Below are positions 11,573 through 23,650 of a stretch of DNA of 64,000 nucleotides, piece after piece; positions within the stretch are counted from its first letter, which is position 1, and every line of letters starts with the position of its first letter. The notes beneath the pieces were generated by a model that saw only the letters and a program-made list of their open reading frames with translations, did no database searches and was not told where the DNA came from. Source of the DNA: Antedon mediterranea (lineage: Eukaryota; Animalia; Echinodermata); assembly GCF_964355755.1 (NCBI RefSeq), contig NC_092670.1:8050201-8114200 (forward strand). The letters run 5' to 3'. The translations under genes and the position numbers were made by a program.

Positions 11573-11636
11573 CTCGCATAGCCCCCTCGTCGGGGAATGT
11601 AGCCCCCGCGTCGGGAAGATCCTGGCGCCACCCCTG

Positions 11637-12120
11637 CCCTGTTGTAAGCGACAAGTTGCTATACTCTTTAAAACAAAGATATGATCTTCGCATCTCTATA
11701 CGAAGGTCGAAAGCCTCCCTGGACTTCCGAAAGAATAGCATTGTCTTCAAGATAGAGAGAGATATTTTTGGCAACTATCCTATTAAAAATGTTGGATATA
11801 CAAGAGGTTAACGATATCCCTCGATAATTATTGAGATCATTGCGATCCCCTTTTTTGTAAATAGGAACAATTACACTAATATTCCACTCGCTTGGTAGGC
11901 CTATTTGTTCTAGTTTTAAAATTTGTAAAAATAGGTCTAATATAGATCTGATTAATTTGTCGCCACCATTCTTAATTAATTCATTTGTTATATTATCTAG
12001 ACCTGGTGAATTATTATTCTTTGCCATTAGTATAGCCTCTTTTACAATATCATAATCTATCTTAACATCATACAAACAATTTTCGTCAACATCTTTATCA
12101 TAATGACACCAATTTTTGTC
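11637..12120 (-). pseudogene. LINE reverse-transcriptase N-terminal fragment
   Basis: SPGLDNITNELIK...VPIYKKGDRNDLNNYRGISL...QGGFR are typical pre-RT and early RT motifs. Truncated on both sides by DNA-transposon ends. Confidence 0.88.
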
Positions 12121-12269
12121 GGCAAATTTGCAATTCCCGCCCCCCCCCCCCAACTTCAAAATCCTGGATACGCCACTGGTAATAGGCTCCTACAAAACGT
12201 AAATTATTATGAACAGAATAAATTATTCAAATGAAGAAACTCTTTGAATCCTACTATAATTTCATTTAA

Positions 12270-12800
12270 ATCTACTACTAGTAGTAGTATTCGGTTGACG
12301 TTGATTAATTATTCCATGACGCCTCATGTTTGCAATATATAATAGTAGGCAGGCCTATGCTCTTTTGGTTGTGAGGAGACACACCACGCCATACGACACG
12401 TGGTTGGAGGAAAATAGTACAGACACATGTGACATACATTTCAACGGGTTGATTTCACAATACTAATGATTGATGAATATTTAAGTTAAGGAAGCTAGGC
12501 TAGTTACTATACAGTGCTTCTAGGTAGGCCTCCAATGCATGTTATTTCATGAAGTGATATTACTCAATGGTTAATTAATTTACTACCTAGCAGCTAGAAT
12601 TTCGCTAGTATAGTAGTAAAATGATAACCGATCAGTGCTACTGTACAATTAGGTCGCGAATCAAATCGGTCGTGGTGTTACGTGTTCGGTCGCTGCACCG
12701 CTCGACTTTCAGTTTCAGGAAAATATATCTATGGCTATTAGCGCCGCTGGCGAAATTTCTATTACTGGACGTCTCAGGCAGAAAAATCATAAATCATTCA
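12270..12800 (+). repeat. Dispersed repeat, diverged copy of 56310-56870
   Basis: Shared collinear blocks such as GGTTAATTAATTTACTACCTAGCAGC, CCGATCAGTGCTACTGTACA and GGACGTCTCAGGCAGAAA. Confidence 0.75.
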
Positions 12801-12979
12801 TGGTGTGATGGCTGGGTGGATTGTTTAAATTGTTTAGTGGAACAGATTTTTTTTTCTCTAGATGGCCATAAATCGTGTTTCTGGACTATATAATTTGGTG
12901 TAATTTCTTCACTATTTTATAGAGCGCCATATGCCATTTTTGTCCAGTAAAAATATGGTTGAACAAATTGCAACAGAAT

Positions 12980-15670
12980 TTTGTTTTGTTTTATTTGGTT
13001 GATATGGTGAACATGAACATCATATCCAAAGTTTACCAAAATCGGACATCGGGAAGTGGGTTAATTAGCATAAATTCAAAATGGCCGCCATTTGCTAATT
13101 TTAAAGCCCCATATCTCCTTAACAACGGTTGGATTTAGACCACCTAAGTGCATTACGAGTAGATATAAATGTGATATTAAACATTCTAATTAGCATATTT
13201 AAATTTCCATATGACGTACCTATGACGTCATATGGTAGTTGTGACGTCATTAATTATGTTATAAATGCTTAAATGACATTATACTATGCGAACAATTTAG
13301 AAAACTGCAGAAAAACAAGTTTCCTAACATTCTCCTTGTTGAAATGAACATAATTTCCAAAATTTACCAAAATCGGACGTCAGGAAGTGTGTTAATTAGC
13401 ATAAATTCAAAATGGCCGCTATTTACTATATCATTTTGAAGCCCTATATCTCCTATAATGGTGGTTTTAGACCACCAAAGTGCATTGCGAGTAGATATAA
13501 ATGTGACATTAAAAATTCCCAATTAGCACATTTAAATTACCATATGACGTAAATATGACGTCATAAGGTAGTTGTGACGTCATATATTATGTTTCTAACT
13601 GCTTAAATGGCATTATCCCATGCTAAAAAATGTTGTTCCTGTTGAAATGAACATGATATCCTAAGTTCACCAAAATCAGACTTCAAGAAGGGGGTCAATT
13701 AGCATAAATTCAAAATGGCTGCTATTTACTATACCATTTTGAAGCCCTGTATCTCCTTAGCGGTTGAGTTTAGACAGTCTATGTGCATTACGAGTAGATA
13801 TATATGTAAAAACCGTTGAAATTTATCATTAAGTTTCCATTTACAAAATCTTATGAAAATAGTTATTCTACAGAACCGTATGAAAGGTGATCATCAAGTG
13901 TATTGCCGAAACTGATTTGTACTCAAGCGCACATCTTTTTAGAACTTTATCTCTTTAAATTGGTAAAGGAATAAAAAAATATTGTAATGAGGCGATTGTC
14001 TGTGGGTCAGGCTATTCAAACCCATCATTCCCACAAACTCATCTCAATTCCCCAACTGGAAATTGAGATGATACATGAAATGATAAATGTCATACTGTAG
14101 TTTTCGGTATAGTCAGCATCTGCATTCTGCTCTTTCAAAGTTGCTATTTCATTGTATCTGTTTGGTGTCGATTATTTATGAGACAACAACTTTTTATGAT
14201 GTTTTATATAATGTTTATCTTTTGAATGCTGTTTCCAAGATTCAATGAGCATGATTCATGAACACTTCATCTTAGTGTCAACTAGGATGAAGAACCATCA
14301 GTTAAAGATACACATCACCACCGGAATCCAAAAGGGGTTGTTAAGGTAATAAAGTAATTTTCAAACTTGCCACTACTAATTACAGTATTTTATTTTTCGA
14401 CAAGACAGTATTCAACTTCTGGAATAGAAACTTTGAATGCAGATGAGGATCTATTAAATATCTTACTTTGCCATAATTAAAAAAAGCGATTGCATTTTAA
14501 GACAGAAGTAGCAAAAAATAGTGGAATAATTGGTACTTAAAGAAAACATCTTAAGGAGGAAATTTGCAACATCTTTGTAATGCTCTGCACTTGCAAAGAA
14601 ACAGGGGGATGCATTCTATTCGAAGCAAGAACTGTTCGGTCCAAAATTAAAAAAGACATCAGAAAAGCCAATGAAGTAGACTTGCTGTGCCTACATGTAT
14701 GGTGGAAATATTTTGACGGCGCCAACATTACATTTTCTCTATGTATGTACTTTGGATGGGAAACTTACTGTGATCCAACTCCATATTTAGGATGGGGTCG
14801 AATTATTAAATCCCAGACTCATTACAGAATTAATAATCCTGTTTCTTTAAATATATATGAGATAGATATAATGCAGTTATAAAAAGTTGCAGTTGCAGAA
14901 AATTAACTGGAATGTTCTATTGCATGTTGTGAAGGGTGGCCGAATAATTTCTGATACCCATGATCTTAACCTGGATGTGGTAAATGTTCTACTATTTTCA
15001 TGAGATTAAAAACATTTTTTCCTTTCAGTTTCTATATTTTCTCCTTAGAATAATGCCAATTGAGCATTATTGTGACAAAATACATGACGTCATACTGTAT
15101 GTCTTATGACATCATAGGTACGTTATATGGCAATTTAAATATGCTAATTATAAAGTTTAATATCAAGTACTCGCAATGCACTTAGGTGGTCTAAAACCAA
15201 GCGTTAAGGAGATATGGAGCTTCAAAATGGTATGATAAATAGCGTCCATTTTGAATGTATGCTAATTAACCCACTTCCTGACGTCCGATTTTGGTAACTT
15301 TGGAAATAATGTTCATTTCAACAAGGAGAATGTCAAGAAACATGTTTTCTTGCAGTTCCTAAATTGTTCACATATTATAATGTCATTTAAACAGTTATAA
15401 CATAATATATGACGTCACAACTACCATATGACGTCATAGGTACGTCATATAGGAATTTAAATATGCTAATTAGAATGTTTAATATCACATTTATATCTAC
15501 TCGTAATGCACTTAGGTGGTCTAAATCCAACCGTTAGAGAGATATGAGGCTTCAAAATAGCAAATGGCGGCCATTTTGAATTTATGCTAATTAACCTACT
15601 TCCCGATGTCCGATTTTGGTAAACTTTGGATATGATATTCATTTAAACTATATTTACCAGACAAAACAAA
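12980..15670. mobile_element. Foldback-type element: long inverted arms made of ~300-bp tandem units around a ~1.2-kb core
   Basis: 13010-13810 (units at ~13010, 13340, 13645) is the reverse complement of ~15050-15670, e.g. ACCAAAATCGGACATCGGGAAGT versus ACTTCCCGATGTCCGATTTTGGT. No TSD resolved. Confidence 0.8.
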
Positions 15671-16025
15671 GAATTTGTTCGCGCGAATCGAAAGCCTCAT
15701 GCTCTGCGCATGCGTATTCGAGTTTCTGTCTGTCATACTCCCTTCTGCGACGAATTCTAGTTCCTTGATTTTTCGCTGCAGCAAAATTTACTAGTTCGAA
15801 TTGTTTCTACTTTTTGCGAAGCGAAATATTGCGCAACCAATCAGAGCTCAGGAAATGAGTTATGACGCTTTCATGAGCAGTCATGCGAATCGAAATGCTC
15901 AGCAACCACGCGAGGAACATGAACGTCGCAGCTATTCGCTCATGTAGTGGAAAGAGAGTAGGCGATTTTTTTCTCTTCGAAACGTTTGATTCGCGCGAAC
16001 AAATTCGCCTGGTGGAAAATCGGCA
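15671..16025. mobile_element. Harbinger/Tourist-like MITE with truncated left end
   Basis: GAATTTGTTCGCGCGAATC at 15671 is inverted relative to GATTCGCGCGAACAAATTC at ~15988; right end GGTGGAAAATCGGCA followed by TTA. Confidence 0.65.
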
Positions 16026-19000
16026 TTAAGGCCTGTTTATACTACGACGATAACTATAACTATATATATATTGTACACGATAATAGTTTTAACGATTTTA
16101 TCGTTCTATGACTCGCGACGTACGCGCGTGACGTTTGCCTTTTGTTTCACAATCATGACGGACTCAGAAGACGACGATTATTTGTTATGCCTTCTGCTAT
16201 ATAAAAAAAGGTGTCAACTGAAAAAAAGAGATCGAAATTTATGGGTTCACCCCATAAATCAATCAAGAGAGACTTATGGTGAATTCCATACGCTTTTTCC
16301 CGAACTGATTTGTTATGAAGACAAATTTCATAGTTATTTCCGAGTATCCCCACAAGGCTTTTATGAAATCCTAGCTAATCAAAGCAGTGGTGGCGCCAGC
16401 GGGGGGGGGGGGGGGCTACGGGGGGCCCCTCGTCGGGGAGCCTAGCCCCCCCGTCGGGGAACACGGGTACTTTTTGTCGGGGAATATAACATACAGTAAA
16501 AAAAATTCACGTTCACTTCATATAGCTTCAGCGCCTAGAAAACCACGACGTTCCATTGACCGTGAGAGTACGTCAGAGGGCTATTATGCACTTTTATGCA
16601 TTCGTTATTGCCAGAGATCTAACTACTAAACAATAGCTAGTACGCACTTGTTTGGCGGTATCCCTTTGTACGAATCGTTCACCGTTGGGTCGAGACGCGT
16701 GATATCATGTTCCATCTAGGGACCAAAATGTGTAATGTAGTTATTTTCCAGGCGAAGTTTACCGACGGTTACCGAAGGGAACACGGGTACTTTTTGTCGG
16801 GGAATATAATATACAGTAACAGTGGGAAAGCCACTTCGCGTTTTGACCGTTAAATCGTGTAAAATCGACTTACTTTCGCATTGACGATTTTGAAGCGCCA
16901 CCTATCGTTGAAAACTGAAACCACGATTTTTCGTCGCCTAGCAAATAAGTGCTGTTTTATTTTAAGCTCTCATGAATATTTAAGAACCGCCCAACATTAC
17001 CTATTATGGTAAAAGCATTTCCTAATAAGTATAATTGAATAACCAATCGGTTTCTTTCAAAGAAACCGAAGCTAATACAATACATTCGGCGACTGAAGTC
17101 GGGACTCGTGAAATTTATAAATGTGGTACGATTTGACTACTGTTTTGTTGTCCATTTTCTGAATAGTCGGAGGTGCATCCCAACAAATTAAAACAATTAT
17201 AATCAATTGTTTTATCAAGAATAATATTAGTTTAATCGAGTATGATATATTTCTATCCTGTTCAAAATTTGTTGGTGTATTCTCAGGCCTCGAAAGGTAG
17301 GTACATTTTCTAGCTGTGAGCGTGGTTTCGGCAACGCGAGACACGTGTGTCAGTATAGGCGATAGCGAGACGTGTGTTGTACTGTGTTGATGCTGATCCG
17401 ATAGTCGTTAAGTTGTACTGATTACGAGTATCATTGGTCCTGGCCGGCCTAGCCTGTTGATCTGATCCCCCCACAAAAATACTTTTTTTCAATCAGTATT
17501 AATATATTATTTGATTTATTAGGCTCAATAGATGCCTAGCTAGGCTACTAGTAGGCCTAGGCCTAGATTATAAATAATAATAGTAAATACTGTAATTTAA
17601 TTAATAAAATACAGCTTCCATTTGCCTTACTTTTATGTCATCATATAATATTATAATTATATACAACCAGACATTAACATTTTTTAAAATAATATTTATT
17701 ATTTTTTCTGACACTTTCAGGAATCGTTGATGATGCAGAGTTCTTTTTCTTTGTGACTTCAAACTGAGAGTGAAGTGGATAAAAAAATGACACCGGTACC
17801 TACCGACATTGTCATACCCAAACTATAATTTAATTATTTAAAACAAAATGTTGAATTACAAAAATGTATGTTGCAGAGGATTTAGATGAATATTACAATA
17901 CAAATATTTATGTTGAATGCAAACCTACTACACTATACTCTGTAAATTATGTTATTGTCATGTGGTAGACCTTAAAAATTGAATATTTATTGTATGTTAG
18001 GCCTATTTTATATTTTATTATTATTAATACTGTATTAGTTTAATATTTATACTACAATGTATTAATTTATATTATACAGTACTAGTTTGTACATGTTTTT
18101 ACCCAAAAAAAATGAATAAATAATTTGTTATTCAATCTAATTGCTTGTTTGTTCATCAATAGCAAAACAATTGTAAGCAAGTATATAACAGTTCTTGTTA
18201 GCCGCTTATTTCAGGTCATATTATTAATATTAGCTAGGCCCGACGCGCCCGATCACAACGTCACTAAGTGACTTTCCGCCCCTGGAACAATCGCTCGCTA
18301 ATAGGGCTAGGCCTCGGACTCGTATAAAAGCTATTATAATAGTTATGATAAATATTCCTCAACTAAAATGTATACTGTGATAAATAAACAAGTAATAATA
18401 TACGTTGTATTGGAATGTATTTATTTATATGAATTCTTATACGCGGACAATTATAAACATCGCGTATATCGTTCGCTATAAATAAATTATGACGATGACG
18501 CACAGCTGTTTCAACCAATGTAAAATAAATAGAAAAAGTCAAGCGCCCTCAATATTGTCAGACGGCGATATGTGCCTGAGCGTGACGCCGCGCGAGTGGT
18601 TGAATCTCGTTCAACTTTCGCGACATTTGCAACTTTTATAACTACACTTTAAATTAATTTAATCAATTTCGTCATAAATATTATAAAACCATTTTTATAC
18701 TATTTGTTAGAAAATAAGATTCTTAATTACCGATTTTTTGGAAATAGTAAGTAATTAAGCATAACAACAAGTTTACGAAATTATTTACACCCGGAAGTTT
18801 TAAAAATTAACATCGATCGGCCTAGCAAATGTAAACAATGGAAAGTTTGAAAAAATGCTTGTCAAATTGTACACTTTTTGTTTTTATTCGTAATTTTCAT
18901 AAATACTTGGAAAATCTAGGTAAAAGTTTGATTATATATGCTTACATGAGACATTGAATTGTTAGGAGGTGACGGTGAAAATCTCAAGAAATTTTCATTT

Positions 19001-19380
19001 AAAAACTCGACTGTTTTGTTAAATGCGAAACAGCGTATTTGGCGAGAGGTCGATGAACGCGGCTGATAACCGCTCGCTAGGCTGTACGCAACTAGGCCTA
19101 GGTTATAGCTAGGCCTAGTTGGTACGTATAAGTAGTGTAATCATACTATACATCATTTTAATTTACAATAGAATAAATAATAAGCTTAATTATTATCATT
19201 GTATTTATTTCAACTGAATATAATTCATCATAAATGTAAAAATTTAGTAAAACTACTAACTACCAGGCCTAGCTAGGCCCTTAAAATTAAAGCCTATACA
19301 AAAATACTCAAACTACTGTATGATAAATATAATATAACATTAAAGGTTGGTAAAATTAAAATTTCTTTTCTTTTTTGTAG

Positions 19381-20270
19381 GCAACACAGTTTCACGAAAA
19401 GGCTTTACGTTCTACTTGCTTCTGTTGTGGAACAAAATTTAAAGAAAAGGATAAAAAATACAACTTAAAAAATATGAAAACAATCACAAATTTGCACTAA
19501 ATCTAACAAATGTAAAATTACAACCTATATACATTTATACAACCTGCCATTCGCGAATTTTCAATGGATACTGTATACTACCACGCTAACATTTAAATTA
19601 ACAGGGCATGGACCAAATTGCTTGGCATGCTACACTTCAACAACAACTATGACCTGGGCCAAAACTACATTCACAAGTGAAAGAACACACTGGCGTTTAA
19701 GGGAACAGTTTTTTGTCTGGTACAGCTGCTCCATAATCTGCTTTTCTTCTTTATATCTTCACTCTTTTTGAAAGTTTATACTAACAAATTTAATTAAATG
19801 AACATACCTCATAATCAAATAACTGTTTTCTCATCCTAATTTATATACATAGTTTAAAAAGCGCCAATTTTCAATTAAGATTACATCATACATTGTATAT
19901 TTCTATTCAACAAAATTGTCAGAACTTTCTATTATTTAAATGTCTAAGATAGTCAGATCTCGGGTCCATTCTACAGTCACCACAGATTGACTTTTTCATC
20001 ACAAAATTTCTGAAATTATAAAATGTATTAATGTGTAAATTAAGTATTTTTTAATTCTATAAAAATATCATACAAGTATTTTTAGCAGAATACAGGCATA
20101 TTGCACCAGGTGTAATACAGCCTAAGCTACATATGCTTGAGCACCATGCTATTGCATTCATGAGAGAATGGAAGGGGGTCTCTGAGCAAGGCGGGGAGCT
20201 AATACATGCCAAACTCAACCGTCACAAAACAGCAGTGTGGATTAGAGTCAAACTTAGACTCATCTGATTT
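19381..20270 (+). pseudogene. Chapaev/RAG1-like transposase remnant: N-terminal Chapa-type zinc finger and C-terminal catalytic-Glu region
   Basis: After acceptor TTTTGTAG: FHEKALRSTCFCCG (H-x7-C-x2-C-G), then TTCHSR and HGPNCLAC (~19607-19630). At 20121-20220: PKLHMLEHHAIAFMREWKGVSEQGGELIHAKLN. The middle is deleted or frameshifted. Confidence 0.75.
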
Positions 20271-20529
20271 TCACATCTCCAATGATACAAAATGAAATAA
20301 TAAAACCCAACAAATGCAAGAAAGCCAACAAAGAATGATTCATTAACATTAATGATCATAAAATATTGTACATTTTTAAATGTTAAAGGAATATTGCATT
20401 GTATTGATTTCCTTTTAACAATGCCTAATGATAATGAATATGTAAAAGTAATACTATAGTATGTCTATATTTCAATTACTAACTAATTACTATTGATTGA
20501 TAGTACTACTGCTGTACTGTACATGTGTT

Positions 20530-23500
20530 AGTGATTGATTGTTAAAGTTACAAATTCATAGCATGGTAAACACAATTTAAAATTTACTAGTTCTTGAACA
20601 GTAAAATAAACTTACCTATATAGATGGTAGGTATAGGTATTGATCCAAATCTGTTTAAAATGTTTTAGCCATTTTGGGTTGCCGCTATATATGTACCTAA
20701 AAAATAGTAATAGTAATAGTATAACATTATAATAAGAATTAATTAAAATTAACTTATTAAATTTACTATGGTTGCATACATACTAATTTGAATATGCAGT
20801 GATGAGCAAAAACAAATGTTAAAATTCATTATTTATAATAATTGTAATTATTACATACAGGGTAGGCATATATGCCTTATGTCATTGCATAGGGTATATA
20901 TAACCAGGTATCCTCATAATAAACATTATTTGTAATAAATACTGTAAATATATTAAAAATAAAAATTAATAATAATTAAATAATAATATATAGGCATAGA
21001 GCCTCTAGGCCTAATTAGGTAGCCTACTAATACCTAGCCTATTGCTCTAGGCTAGGCTAAATAAGCTGGAAAGCTGCTTCTCTGTAGGCTGCTAGTGCAA
21101 GAGAGCACAGGTCTAGCTAGTATATTAAAATAAAAATAGGGCCTATAATATAGGCCTAGCCTACCCAGCCAGTGGTAGTGATTGGTTGTTAATATTGAAA
21201 ATTAATAGCATGGTAAACAAAATTTAAAATTTACTAGTTCTTGAACAGTAAAATAAACTTACCTATAATATAGATGGTAGGTATAGGTATAGGTATTGGT
21301 CAAAATCTGTTTAAAATGATTTTTCCACTTCGGGTTGCCGCTATGTACCTAAAAAATAGTAAAACATTACTATAAGAATTAATTAAAATTAGCTTATTAA
21401 ATTTAATATGGTTGCATACATACTAATTTGAATATGCAGTGATAAGCAAAAACGAATGTTTAAATTCATTATTTATAATACTGTAATTGTAATTAATACA
21501 TACAGGGTAGGCATATATGCCTTATGTCATTGCATAGGGTATATATAACCAGGTATTCTCATAATAAACATTATTTAAATAAAATACTGTAAATATATTA
21601 AAACTAAAAATAATAATAATTAAATAATAATATATAGGCGTAGAGCCTAGACCTAATTAGGTAGTCTACTTATACCTAGCCTATTGCTCTAGGCTAGGCT
21701 AAATAAGCTGGAAAGCTGCTTCTCTGTAGGCTGCTAGTGTTAGAGAGCACAGGTCTAGCTAGTATATTAAAATAAAAATAGGGCCTATAATATAGGCCTA
21801 GCCTACCCAGCCAGTGGTAGTGATTGATTGTTAATATTGAAAATTAATAGCATGGTAAACATAATTTAAAATTTACTAGTTCTTGAGCAATAAAATAAAC
21901 TTACCTACTGTATATAGATGGTAGGCTGCTAGGTATTGGTCCAAATCTGTTTAAAATGTTTTTGCCACTTCGGGTTGCCGCTATGTACCTAAAAAATAGT
22001 AAAACATTATTATAAGAATTACTTAAAATTAGCTTATTAAATTTAATATGGTTGCATACATACTAATTTGAATATGCAGTGATGAGCAAAAACGAATGTT
22101 AAAATTCATTATTTATAATAATTGTAATTATTACATACAGGGTAGGCATATATGCCTTATGTCATTGCATAGGGTATATATAACCAGGTATTCTCATAAG
22201 AAACATTATTTAAATAAATACTGTAAATATATTAAACAAAAATTAATAATAATTAAATAATAATAGGCCTATATAGGCGTAGAGCCTAGCCTAATTAGGT
22301 AGCCTACTTATACCTAGCCTAATTGCTCTAGGCTAGGCTAAATAAGCTGGAAAGCTGCTTCTCTGTAGGCTGCTGCTAGTGATAGAGAGCACAGGTCTAG
22401 CTAGTATATTAAAATAAAAATAGGGCCTATGATATAGGCCTAGCCTACCCAGCCAGTGGTAGTGATTGATTGTTAATATTACAAATTAATAGCATGGTAC
22501 ACAATTTAATATTTGCTACTTCTTGAACAGCAAAATAATCTTACCTATATAGATGGTAGGTATGGTCCAAATCTGCTTAGCCACTTCAGGTTACTGCTCT
22601 ATATATGTATCTACAATAGTATAACATTAATAATTATTATAACAATTTTATAAAATTAACTTAACTTATTAAATTTAATATGATTGCATACTAATTTGAA
22701 TATGCAGTGATGAGCAAAACCGAATGTTAATATGATGCTTGTCATTATTTATATTGTAATTATTACATACATATAGGCCTATAATATTCCCTATTGCATA
22801 CATGTTACATAGGGTATATATAATCCTCATAATATTAAATTTACAGTTTTTGTAATGAATACTGTAAATTTAATAAAACTAAAATTAATTATAATGATTA
22901 AATAATATTAAAAATATATAGGCCTAGGCGTAGATCCTGGGCCTAATTTTAATTAGGTAGCCTACTAATACCAAAGAACTTATAACACAAGAAGAATCTC
23001 CTGTTCGTCCGAAGCGCGTAACAATTACGAAAGGCATTGTGGGATAGAATAGAGCTATGGGTGGCGCCATTGTGAGCCATGGAGTAGGGCGCCCGCATCA
23101 AATTAGAAAGTCAAAATCATAGAGGGGTTCTGCTAATGCTCTAGGGGGTATAGAGTAATTGACTGAGGAGTAGGGCGCCCGCATCAAATTAGAAAGTCAA
23201 AATCATAGAGGGGTTCTGCTAATGCTCTAGGGGGTATAGAGTAATTGACTGAGGAGTAGGGCGCCCGCATCAAATTAGAAAGTCAAAATCATAGAGGGGT
23301 TCTGCTAATGCTCTAGGGGGGTAGAGTAATTGACTTCCTAGTTTGGAGGGGGCGCTGCTCCATGCTGTGAAATGGCGTCGCCCAGTTTGACCTTTTAACC
23401 CTGTACTTCCGATACTTTGTTTTGAATGCAAATTGAAGAACAGGAGATTCTTGTGTTATAAGTTCTTTGCTAATACCTATTAGGCTAGTAGGCTAGCCTA

Positions 23501-23650
23501 CTCAAGGCCAGGCTAACTAAGCCGGAAAGCTGCTTCTCTGTAGTAGGCGCTAGAGAACACAGGTCTAGCAAGGGCCTAGGCCTAGTATTAAAATAAAAAT
23601 AGGGCCTATAATATTGGTATATGCCTACCCTACCCAGCCAGGCATAAATA
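20530..23650. repeat. Tandem array of four ~645-bp units
   Basis: Units start at ~20530, 21178, 21820 and 22460 (AGTGATTG...AGCATGGTAAAC...GGAAAGCTGCTTCTCTGTAG). The fourth is interrupted by a P-type MITE. Confidence 0.9.
22972..23469. mobile_element. P-element-type MITE with three internal 86-bp tandem repeats
   Basis: TIR CAAAGAACTTATAACACAAGAA; 7-bp TSD CTAATAC (22965-22971 and 23470-23476); repeats at 23081, 23167 and 23253. Confidence 0.88.

Larger units (their letters stand above)
2195..11636 (+). mobile_element. Right-end portion of the non-autonomous hAT family (same as 25750-26198), split by a ~0.94-kb insertion and by the Gypsy element
   Basis: 2195-2226, 3163-3478 and 11573-11636 are collinear with 25754-26198 and end in the same TIR, CTGGCGCCACCCCTG. 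No left TIR is seen. Confidence 0.85.

Noticed and set aside
14580-14882. 100-aa ORF in the foldback core as a transposase
   Set aside because: No recognisable motif; cannot be assigned without a search.
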